Source: Patescibacteria group bacterium (GTDB lineage Bacteria > Patescibacteriota > Minisyncoccia > Phycocordibacterales > Phycocordibacteraceae). Taken from it: a DNA stretch of 64,000 nt. Under the pieces are notes generated by a model that was not told the DNA's origin, did not search any database, and was given only the letters and a program-made list of their open reading frames with translations. Where the stretch lies: positions 152,934-216,933 of the forward strand of contig JBBTSZ010000002.1 in the NCBI GenBank assembly GCA_038064495.1. Direction: 5' to 3'. Shown here in pieces: positions 1-7,663 of the stretch (positions are counted from its first letter, which is position 1; each line of letters begins with the position of its first letter). Made by a program: the position numbers and the translations under genes.

Positions 1-822
1 GTTTCTGAGGGGAAGATTTTCGCTGTTCTGGTCGGACAAAAGGAATACACGGCAAACTCGTATATCTTTGCGACCGGTGGTGTGTCTCATCCAGAAACGG
101 GTTCTACGGGAGATGGATTCCCGTGGCTCACGAAGCTCGGCCATAGCGTACAGAAACCAACACCCGGCATTGTGCCACTTTCGGTGCCTGATGCATGGGT
201 TCGCTCACTTTCAGGAATCTCCCTTGAAAAAGTGCGGATTACGTTTTTTACGAATGGAACGAAGTCCCTCACTAAGACGGGAAAAATACTCTGTACGCAC
301 TTCGGCCTTTCGGGTCCGCTCATTATGAATAGTGCAAGCGCGGTAGGGGACCTTCTTCACGCGGGTATTGTCACCGCCGAGATTGACCTCTTTCCTACGC
401 TTGATCAAGGTATTCTTGAACAACACATTCTCTCGCTTTTTGATGCAAACAAAAACAAAATGCTTAAGAATGTACTCAAGGAGCTACTCCCTCCCGGCAC
501 AAGTCAAAGCATCCTCACACTTCTTACTAGAGAACTCACTCCCGAGCGCACGACTAACAGCATTACGAAGGAGGAGCGCAAAGAGTTATCAAGACTTTTG
601 AAATCACTTCCACTTACGATCTCAGGGCTTATGGGCTTTGATCGCGCCGTTGTTGCTGACGGGGGAGTGACCCTTACTGAAGTGGATACCAAGACGATGC
701 GTTCCCGCATTGTGCCGAACCTGTTTATTATTGGTGATCTCCTTTCCATCTCACGTCCCTCAGGGGGCTACTCACTCCAGCTGTGTTGGACCACCGGATT
801 TGTGGCGGGAAGCTCAGCGTAG
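1..822 (+). CDS. HI0933/BaiN-family flavoprotein (NAD(P)/FAD oxidoreductase), 5' truncated by window edge
   Basis: Frame open from base 1; ATGGVSHPETGSTGDG, THFGLSGP, GGV and GGYSLQLCWTTG motifs. Confidence 0.9.
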   Translation, partial: VSEGKIFAVLVGQKEYTANSYIFATGGVSHPETGSTGDGFPWLTKLGHSVQKPTPGIVPLSVPDAWVRSLSGISLEKVRITFFTNGTKSLTKTGKILCTHFGLSGPLIMNSASAVGDLLHAGIVTAEIDLFPTLDQGILEQHILSLFDANKNKMLKNVLKELLPPGTSQSILTLLTRELTPERTTNSITKEERKELSRLLKSLPLTISGLMGFDRAVVADGGVTLTEVDTKTMRSRIVPNLFIIGDLLSISRPSGGYSLQLCWTTGFVAGSSA

Positions 823-826
823 CGCT

Positions 827-1099
827 ATGGAGACTTCCTACGTTGTATACATTCTCACCTGCGCTGACGGGACTCTGTATACGGGAGTCACTACCGACAT
901 AGTACGCAGACTCAAAGAACATAATGAATCTGACAAAGGTGCCAAATATACTAAGACTCGTCGCCCGGTACTGCTCGGCTATACCGAAGTCTGTGCATCG
1001 CGGAGCGCTGCTCAGAAACGCGAATATATCGTGCGGAATTTGTCGCGAGCTGAGAAGATATCTTTAATCTCATCGGAGCGGAACGTAAAGCCACTTTGA
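827..1099 (+). CDS. GIY-YIG nuclease family protein (UPF0213/YhbQ-like)
   Basis: YVVYILTCADGTLYTGVTTDIVRRLKEHN..GAKYTK.RRP; ATG at 827 just after upstream stop. Confidence 0.9.
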   Translation: METSYVVYILTCADGTLYTGVTTDIVRRLKEHNESDKGAKYTKTRRPVLLGYTEVCASRSAAQKREYIVRNLSRAEKISLISSERNVKPL

Positions 1100-1124
1100 C
1101 ATTGCTACAGCCAGAGCATACCTT
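1084..1124 (+). promoter_or_regulatory. sigma70 promoter (TTGACA-N17-TACCTT) overlapped by operator-like CGTAAAG-CCAC-TTTGACA
   Basis: -35 at 1096-1101, -10 at 1119-1124, ATG 6 nt later; motif recurs at 1693-1732. Confidence 0.65.
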
Positions 1125-1130
1125 AGTACA

Positions 1131-1340
1131 ATGACCGAGGGCATTAAAAATAGAGTACATATTGAGCGCATGGAGCGTGGTCTTACCCAAGAAGAATTGG
1201 CCCTTCGTCTCGGGGTCAGTCGTCAGACGGTTATTTCAATTGAAAAAGGAAATTACGCTCCATCAGTCATACTTGCTCTCAAAATAGCTAAGGTATTTAA
1301 ACTACCTGTCGAACGTATCTTTCGTATTTATGAAACATAA
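1131..1340 (+). CDS. XRE-family HTH transcriptional regulator
   Basis: LTQEELALRLGVSRQTVISIEKGNYAPS. Confidence 0.92.
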   Translation: MTEGIKNRVHIERMERGLTQEELALRLGVSRQTVISIEKGNYAPSVILALKIAKVFKLPVERIFRIYET

Positions 1341-1689
1341 TATTCAGATTCTACTTGCCGTTGTTCTCATAGTATTGCTTATACTTTTGACGAACCCTTT
1401 TATGTTCTATATGCCAAGCGCGACTGGAATGCTCGTTCTGCTTGCTGCAACAGTACTTGGTGTAGTATGGGCAACATTTGTTATTGCTGAACAAGCAGGT
1501 GATGAGCGAGAAGAACAGCACCGCACGTATTCAGGTCGTGTTGCGTATATTGCTGGAGTACTCATGCTCACATTCGCACTTCTTTCACAGGGGCTTGTTC
1601 ATCATATCGATCCATGGATAGGAGCAGCGCTAGCCGTAATGGTAGTCGCGAAGCTCGCCAGCCGACTCTACGCTGATCACTGGAAATAG
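1330..1689 (+). CDS. Four-TM membrane protein coupled to the XRE regulator (DUF2178-like, DERE motif)
   Basis: Overlaps XRE stop; hydrophobic helices flanking GDEREEQHR. Confidence 0.7.
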   Translation: MKHNIQILLAVVLIVLLILLTNPFMFYMPSATGMLVLLAATVLGVVWATFVIAEQAGDEREEQHRTYSGRVAYIAGVLMLTFALLSQGLVHHIDPWIGAALAVMVVAKLASRLYADHWK

Positions 1690-1692
1690 GTG

Positions 1693-1732
1693 TGTAAAGG
1701 TGGCTTTACATTGATGTAAAGCCACCTATACT
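1693..1732 (+). promoter_or_regulatory. Tandem palindromic operator TGTAAAG-N4-CTTTACA overlapping the dipZ promoter
   Basis: TGTAAAGGTGGCTTTACA at 1693-1710, TGTAAAGCCACCTATACT at 1715-1732 including -10 TATACT. Confidence 0.7.
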
Positions 1733-1740
1733 AGAGCAAT

Positions 1741-3513
1741 ATGACATTTACATTCTTGTTCCTCGGAATTGCCTTTATTGCTGGAATCCTCACGGTACTT
1801 GCTCCCTGTATTCTTCCACTGCTACCAGTTGTGATTGGAGGGTCGGTAACAGGAGACACCAGTTTCAAACGAGCTTTTACGGTTGTGGCGGCGCTTGGGT
1901 TTTCCGTTGTTGCGTTTACGCTTCTCCTAAAAGTAAGTACGGCCTTTATTACAGTTCCGCCACTCTTCTGGCAGTTGCTTTCAGGAGGACTTCTCATTCT
2001 CTTTGGTATTCTCACGACGTTTCCAAATCTGTGGGAGAGTCTCGGTATCACCGCTCTCTTGAACATTAAGGGAAACCGACTCATGGCAACTGGTGACAAG
2101 AAACAGGGCTTCGTTGGTGATTTGCTCGTCGGCATTGCACTTGGTCCCGTGTTTACTTCGTGTAGTCCTACGTACTTCATCGTGCTTGCAACAATTCTTC
2201 CTGCAAACCCGGTCATTGGTTTTATTTATCTTCTGGCCTACACGTTTGGGCTCTCACTCTCTCTACTTCTTATTGCTGTTGTGGGACAACGCATCGTAGA
2301 CCGACTTGATCTAGCAGCAAACCCGCATGGCTGGTTTAAGCGAGGACTTGGCATTCTTTTCATCGTGATTGGTCTTGCGGTAACGTTTGGCATAGACAAA
2401 ATACTTGCCACCTCACTTCCACAGCAAGCCTACGGAATAACGGGTATTGAACAGAATCTCCTTAAGCTAACAAATGGAAAGAATGGGGATGCAACCTCAA
2501 CGCCAACGTTCGTTCCGCTAGGCACGTCAGCTACACCGCTTACGCAAATAGAAAAATCAACTCGATACGAAAAAGCACCAGAATTAGCTTCACCGAATGC
2601 GTATCTCAATACGGGAGGTGCACCGATTACGATCGGAGAGAATCGAGGAAAGAACGTCGTGCTTATAGATTTTTGGACCTACAGTTGTATCAACTGTCAG
2701 CGAACACTTCCGTACCTCAAAGCTTGGAATGAGAAATACAAGGACCAAGGATTGGTTATTATCGGTGTTCATACTCCCGAGTTCTCATTTGAACAAGTAC
2801 AGCAAAACGTAGCTGACGCGCTCAAACGTTTTGGCATAACCTATCCCGTGGTACTCGATAACCAATACAAAACCTGGAATGCATTTGGTAATCAGTATTG
2901 GCCACGCAAATACCTTATTGATATTGATGGGTATATTGTGTACGACCATGCTGGTGAGGGTAACTACGAGGAAACCGAGAAAGCGATCCAGCGAGCACTC
3001 AAAGAGAGGGCAGAACGTCTCGGACAGGACGGAAGCGGTATTCAGGGCACCGCTTCGGTATCGGCTACCGCGCCTACTTCCGCTTCGAGTCCAGAAACGT
3101 ACTTCGGTGCTTCACGAAATGAGTTCTTAGGAAACGGTAAGCCGGCATCGCCAACCAAGCAATCGCTTACGCTCCCGAGTAGTTTTCCCAAGAACAAACT
3201 ATTTCTTGGAGGTGAATGGGATATTCAATTTGAGCACGCCATAGGATCGTCTGGAGCAGATGTGGTCTATACCTATACTGCAAAAGAGGTCTACCTCGTT
3301 GCCAGTAGTGATGCGGGGGCCGAGATAGAAGTCATGCAGGATGGGAAACCACTCGGAACTATTTCTGGAGCAGACGTGAACGCATCGGGCATCGTTCCAG
3401 TAAAGGAAAGTCGTTTATACAAACTCATTAAGAATGATGCTTCAGGAACGCACACACTCAAACTCCACATGAAGAGTGGTAGCGTACGCTTCTATACCTT
3501 CACGTTTGGTTAG
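1741..3513 (+). CDS. dipZ: DipZ-like protein: CcdA/DsbD TM domain + thioredoxin (WTYSCINC) + C-terminal beta domain
   Basis: PCILPLLP and GPVFTSC in TM region; DFWTYSCINCQR, GVHTPEF, NQYWP, SPETYFG. Confidence 0.88.
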   Translation: MTFTFLFLGIAFIAGILTVLAPCILPLLPVVIGGSVTGDTSFKRAFTVVAALGFSVVAFTLLLKVSTAFITVPPLFWQLLSGGLLILFGILTTFPNLWESLGITALLNIKGNRLMATGDKKQGFVGDLLVGIALGPVFTSCSPTYFIVLATILPANPVIGFIYLLAYTFGLSLSLLLIAVVGQRIVDRLDLAANPHGWFKRGLGILFIVIGLAVTFGIDKILATSLPQQAYGITGIEQNLLKLTNGKNGDATSTPTFVPLGTSATPLTQIEKSTRYEKAPELASPNAYLNTGGAPITIGENRGKNVVLIDFWTYSCINCQRTLPYLKAWNEKYKDQGLVIIGVHTPEFSFEQVQQNVADALKRFGITYPVVLDNQYKTWNAFGNQYWPRKYLIDIDGYIVYDHAGEGNYEETEKAIQRALKERAERLGQDGSGIQGTASVSATAPTSASSPETYFGASRNEFLGNGKPASPTKQSLTLPSSFPKNKLFLGGEWDIQFEHAIGSSGADVVYTYTAKEVYLVASSDAGAEIEVMQDGKPLGTISGADVNASGIVPVKESRLYKLIKNDASGTHTLKLHMKSGSVRFYTFTFG

Positions 3514-4841
3514 CTCACTTCTCCGAGGTAGGGAAGGGGGAATATCTTCTCACGCTCCTTTCCGGTAAAAAGTGCATCACTTCGTTTCTTGGACATGCTT
3601 CCCATACCGCGACCTCCTGCTGCCGCTTTACCCGCTTCTATCGCCTTCATAGAGGAGCCCAAGTAAACCGAGTGTCGGCCGTAGCGTTCGTTTAGGGTAT
3701 CAACATTTTCAAAGATGCGTGCCGTACCTTCTACCTTACCCGGGTCACTAAATAAATCGAGCTGCACCTCACGCGCCTCGTGGAGTCCGGTAAGGGTTAT
3801 TCCCGTTGCTCTGTACGTGGTGCCTTTACGAAAGACTTTGAGAAAAGAAGGTTTGAGTGCCTCAATAAGTTCGTGAGGGTTACTAGTGGGGTGGGCGAGT
3901 GTAAGCTGTGCTGCGCGGTAGCGGAAGCTTGAAGATTTTAGAAAAAACGAAAACCCCGTGGCGGAGAGTCCATAACGACGAGCCTTTACGCACGCGCCCT
4001 CCATGTTCTTGGAGAGTTGTGAATACAAAAAAGCAGGGTCGCCCGAAGCAGGTGAGAAGGAGCGAGTCTTTTGTATGGAGTGGTAATTGTCCTTAGTTTC
4101 AGTGACAAGTTCTAGTACGGAAACACCGGAAAGCTCCTGCCAGATTTCAAGAGCGGGTTTAGTTACGTGAGCACGCACCCACACCTCATTTTTCTGTACG
4201 AAATCAAAGGCTGTCTTAATACCGAGCTTATTCAAATGCTCGGTTGTGTTTGGACCAATACCCCAAATCTTTCCAATCAGGGTATTTTTGAGGAACGTAT
4301 CTTTCTCCACCAGACGAATTGGTGTGAAGCCATTTGGCTTTGCGTATTTAGAACCCACCTTAGCGAGTACCTTGGTTGGAGCGATTCCTACCGAAAAAGT
4401 TATATCCAGTTCGTTTTGTAGGTCGTTCTTAATCTTCAGAGCAATCTCCTCATAGCCCATATGGTGGAGACGTCTGAGTCCCGTGATGTCTCCAAAGCAT
4501 TCATCAATGCCGTATTCTTCTACTTGAGGAGTGTAGCGTCGCATGATTTCATACATGCGCAGTGAGTAGAGGGTATAGAGCTCGTAGTCAGACGAGAGAA
4601 TAATCGCGTCCGGACAAATCTTGTGCACGTCAGCCAGACGGATACCACGCGAGACGCCACGAGCTTTCGCCTCGTACGTTGCTGCCGACACTATCCCGCG
4701 CTCCGCTCCCGTGACAACTGGCTTTCCGCGGAGCGCCGGGTTACGAGCAACTTCGCACGCGGCGAAGAAACTGTCACCGTCGACGTGTACTATCGCTTTT
4801 GGATAATAATATGAGCGCCCCCAACCCACCTCAGCTACCAT
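3510..4841 (-). CDS. Y-family error-prone DNA polymerase (UmuC/DinB-like)
   Basis: HVDGDSFFAACE, ATYEAKARGV, SSDYELY, YGIDECF, TKVLAK, IWGIG, QLDLF clamp motif. Confidence 0.93.
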   Translation of the reverse strand: MVAEVGWGRSYYYPKAIVHVDGDSFFAACEVARNPALRGKPVVTGAERGIVSAATYEAKARGVSRGIRLADVHKICPDAIILSSDYELYTLYSLRMYEIMRRYTPQVEEYGIDECFGDITGLRRLHHMGYEEIALKIKNDLQNELDITFSVGIAPTKVLAKVGSKYAKPNGFTPIRLVEKDTFLKNTLIGKIWGIGPNTTEHLNKLGIKTAFDFVQKNEVWVRAHVTKPALEIWQELSGVSVLELVTETKDNYHSIQKTRSFSPASGDPAFLYSQLSKNMEGACVKARRYGLSATGFSFFLKSSSFRYRAAQLTLAHPTSNPHELIEALKPSFLKVFRKGTTYRATGITLTGLHEAREVQLDLFSDPGKVEGTARIFENVDTLNERYGRHSVYLGSSMKAIEAGKAAAGGRGMGSMSKKRSDALFTGKEREKIFPLPYLGEVS

Positions 4842-4981
4842 AGGCGCTTTGCTCGTTCGGCATATTTCTCGAAAGGACCGGAATGATTCTCTGCTGAGAA
4901 TCTTCCTCCTGCTCGGCTCGTCAGCCTGCGCAGAGCCCTTTCTCGTAACATCCCTTCACTCGCATGGAATGTGCCAATCAT
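4835..4981 (-). CDS. Putative 48-aa small protein between lexA/umuD and umuC (below ORF-track cutoff)
   Basis: ATG at 4981, MIGTFHASEGMLRERALRRLTSRAGGRFSAENHSGPFEKYAERAKRLW; fills the gap and its TAG overlaps the polymerase ATG. Confidence 0.5.
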   Translation of the reverse strand: MIGTFHASEGMLRERALRRLTSRAGGRFSAENHSGPFEKYAERAKRLW

Positions 4982-4992
4982 ATGCGTTCCCA

Positions 4993-5559
4993 CTAGTATT
5001 TGCGGACAACGCCAGTAACCACCGCCTCAATCGTCAGATTTCCTTTTGGATACATAGGCTTGAAGGCAGCGTTCGCGGGTTCAAGGTAATAATGTTCACC
5101 TGATTTGCGGAGATACTTCATCGTGTATTCGCCTTCAACAGACGCGATAACAATTTGTCCGGGCTTATAGGTAGAGCGACGCTCAACGATAACGAGGTCT
5201 CCGGGACAGATGCCGGCATCAATCATGCTTTCCCCTTTTACTTTGAGAATGTAACTACTCTCTTTGTTTGGCGTGAGGTATTCGTCAAAGTCCATGACAT
5301 CAAGCAGCTCTTCTTCAGCAGCGGAAGGGAAGCCGGCCTCAACCAGACCAAGAAGGGGAACACCAGAAAGGGCACGCCCCGGCGCAAGTCGTCCGAGCTT
5401 ATCTTTAATGAGAATGCCGTCTTCAACGAGTTTGTTAATAAGTTTGTAGACCGAGTTTTTAGAAGCAAGACCAGTCGCTGACATGATTTCCTTATAGCCC
5501 GGCATTCGCTTATGGCGCTCGTAGAAGCCAATAATCTTTCGTTTGTAGGAGTCGTACAT
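4993..5559 (-). CDS. lexA: LexA/UmuD-like S24 self-cleaving repressor with N-terminal winged HTH
   Basis: N-terminal PGYKEI..GLASKNSV helix; EAGFPS Ala-Gly cleavage site; GESM catalytic Ser; EYTMK catalytic Lys. Confidence 0.88.
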   Translation of the reverse strand: MYDSYKRKIIGFYERHKRMPGYKEIMSATGLASKNSVYKLINKLVEDGILIKDKLGRLAPGRALSGVPLLGLVEAGFPSAAEEELLDVMDFDEYLTPNKESSYILKVKGESMIDAGICPGDLVIVERRSTYKPGQIVIASVEGEYTMKYLRKSGEHYYLEPANAAFKPMYPKGNLTIEAVVTGVVRKY

Positions 5560-5565
5560 TCCTAC

Positions 5566-5595
5566 AGCATAGGTGAACTATGGTTCACCCGTCAA
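5566..5595 (-). promoter_or_regulatory. Promoter TTGACG-N18-TATGCT with palindromic operator GGTGAAC-TATG-GTTCACC in the spacer
   Basis: Palindrome at 5572-5589 contains GAAC-N4-GTTC; -10 is 6 nt from the lexA ATG. Confidence 0.8.
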
Positions 5596-5671
5596 GCCTT
5601 ACCGAAGAACAACCACGATCATCTTTTTGATGCTATACATAAAAGCGGAATCTTGGGACAAGGAGAATGCA

Positions 5672-6025
5672 ATGCACATTGTTGAAAGCGGAGAACCAGA
5701 CCTTACGGCTGTAGCTCAGGAAATTATGAAGCCTTTACTCGGTTGGCTGGAAAGCATCAACTGTACTCCAGCCAGGTTTAACGAAGTCATGCGCAGTGAA
5801 GAGTATTCTCATGACTCACGATTGACCTCACTCGGCATCACTCAGACGCAATTCGAAGAGGGTATAGAGACTATCCAGTCTCTCCATCTTTATGCCTTGA
5901 TACTCGGCATAAAGAAAGAAGAACTCTGGGCTGGTTTTGAAACCCACCAGTATTTTGCGCCTCGATGGCTCATCGAGAATGTCGAGAACGCTATGCGAGA
6001 TAATTTTGCTGGCAGTTGCGGCTGA
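5672..6025 (+). CDS. Hypothetical protein (orphan, SD-led)
   Basis: AAGGAG before ATG 5672; 117 aa; followed by terminator. Confidence 0.6.
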   Translation: MHIVESGEPDLTAVAQEIMKPLLGWLESINCTPARFNEVMRSEEYSHDSRLTSLGITQTQFEEGIETIQSLHLYALILGIKKEELWAGFETHQYFAPRWLIENVENAMRDNFAGSCG

Positions 6026-6046
6026 TATCCACGACAAGTCTTGGTT

Positions 6047-6086
6047 AAAAAGAATCGCCCCGGCACAAAGACGGGGCGATTTTCTT
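6047..6086. terminator. Bidirectional intrinsic terminator
   Basis: AATCGCCCC...GGGGCGATT stem with A/T tails between convergent genes. Confidence 0.7.
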
Positions 6087-6096
6087 GGACGAACGG

Positions 6097-7587
6097 TTAC
6101 GTGTCCAAGAAGTGGTTGAAGATAGATGTTTCCTGCTGGAGCAAATGGGAAGGCCTGAATAGGTTATTCCACTCGTTCATGACCGATTCATCCTTGAAGA
6201 GATCCTTCAACAAAAGATTCCAGGGAATGATGTCATCCACCGACGCCTGAAGCGAATCAACAGGATACAACAAGCCAGAGCTGATAATATCCCGAAGGTT
6301 TGTGCTCGTAGGCACAGTTGGAACGAGCTCAAAGGACGTCAGGAACGCATCAGCCTTTTCAAGACTCTCTGCGCGTGCTTCCCGAAGTTCTTGCCGAGCA
6401 GGTCCCGGTTCAAACGCGCAGAAGCTTGCCAGCTGAACGATTCGATAGGCTTCGTTTGCAGGCAGAGCGCGCTCGGCGAGCTTTCCCGCAAGGAAGTTTT
6501 TCGCTTCGTCCGATGCATAGGTGCAACGGCTTGCTTGGATTTCTTCCAGCATATTGTCCGGATAGACCACCAACTTGGTGAGAACTTCGGTCATCACGTT
6601 GAGCATGCGCAGAGTGATATGGAACAGGTCAGGCCAGTCTACACGCTCCACACAGGATTGCTCAATCGCGCGAGCTTCCCATGTTTGAATCCCCGCAACA
6701 ATGGAAGCGACACGTCCACGCGCAAGGAGCACCATACCTCTCATCTGTTCCGTACGGATGGTGTTTTTCTTGTGTGGCATTGCAGAGGAACCTTTTTGGA
6801 GTTTTCCAAAGGGTTCATGCCATAACGGTTGTCCGCTTCTCGCTCCGAGCCGAATATCCAGTGCTATTTTGCCAAGAGTCTCGCACAGTACCTGAAGGCT
6901 CTGCGCGAGCGGAGCGTAGATGCTCCGCGGCATGATCTGTGTTGCGCCGACATACGCAGAGAGACCGAGGATGTTGAGTGCCTCTTTTTCAATTCTCGGG
7001 GTGAGACCACCGCCATAATTGCCGATCGCGCCTGAAAGTCGTGATTGCATACAATAGCCGACGCCGACTTTCAGTTGGTCACGAGCGAGCTGTAAGTCGG
7101 CAACGTAGGTGAGCAGGCGTCCACCAAAGGTGCGTAACTTTGCAGCTTGTCCGTGTGTGCGCTCAAGGAATATCGTGTATCGATAGTCTTTCGCCATCTT
7201 TTCAAGACTCTCGAGAAGTGCCGAAAGTTCATTATCGACATATTCGTGCGATTCACGTAGCGCAATGGCGAATGCCGCTTCTTCCGTGTCGTAGCTCGTC
7301 ATATCCTTATGAAACTCCGACTGGAGCTCGTTTGGAATGAAGCGTTGACGCTCTTCAAGGAAGGCGTTCAGGTCATGGTGGAGAACGCGATCGCGTTCGA
7401 GCCACCAGGCAACGTCTGGCGCATTGTTTGCGAGCGCCAGCTCAATCTGGTTGTAGACCGACGCGTCGGTAAGTTTCAGATTGACGCGTGCCTTGATAAC
7501 AGCAAGTTCAACCCGTTCCCAACGAAGGAGCTTTTCAGCATCGCTCCAGAGATAATCGATTTCCGGGTTTGAATACCGAGGAATCAT
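6097..7587 (-). CDS. purB: Adenylosuccinate lyase
   Basis: MIPRY start, HKDMTSYD, RTHGQ, SGAIGNY, GSSAMPHKKN signature. Confidence 0.9.
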   Translation of the reverse strand: MIPRYSNPEIDYLWSDAEKLLRWERVELAVIKARVNLKLTDASVYNQIELALANNAPDVAWWLERDRVLHHDLNAFLEERQRFIPNELQSEFHKDMTSYDTEEAAFAIALRESHEYVDNELSALLESLEKMAKDYRYTIFLERTHGQAAKLRTFGGRLLTYVADLQLARDQLKVGVGYCMQSRLSGAIGNYGGGLTPRIEKEALNILGLSAYVGATQIMPRSIYAPLAQSLQVLCETLGKIALDIRLGARSGQPLWHEPFGKLQKGSSAMPHKKNTIRTEQMRGMVLLARGRVASIVAGIQTWEARAIEQSCVERVDWPDLFHITLRMLNVMTEVLTKLVVYPDNMLEEIQASRCTYASDEAKNFLAGKLAERALPANEAYRIVQLASFCAFEPGPARQELREARAESLEKADAFLTSFELVPTVPTSTNLRDIISSGLLYPVDSLQASVDDIIPWNLLLKDLFKDESVMNEWNNLFRPSHLLQQETSIFNHFLDT

Positions 7588-7663
7588 GTTTCTTCTCCTG
7601 TAATGTGCAAAAACCGCCTTCTGGCGGTTCCACGCTACTTATAGCACTATCCGCCCACAACTT

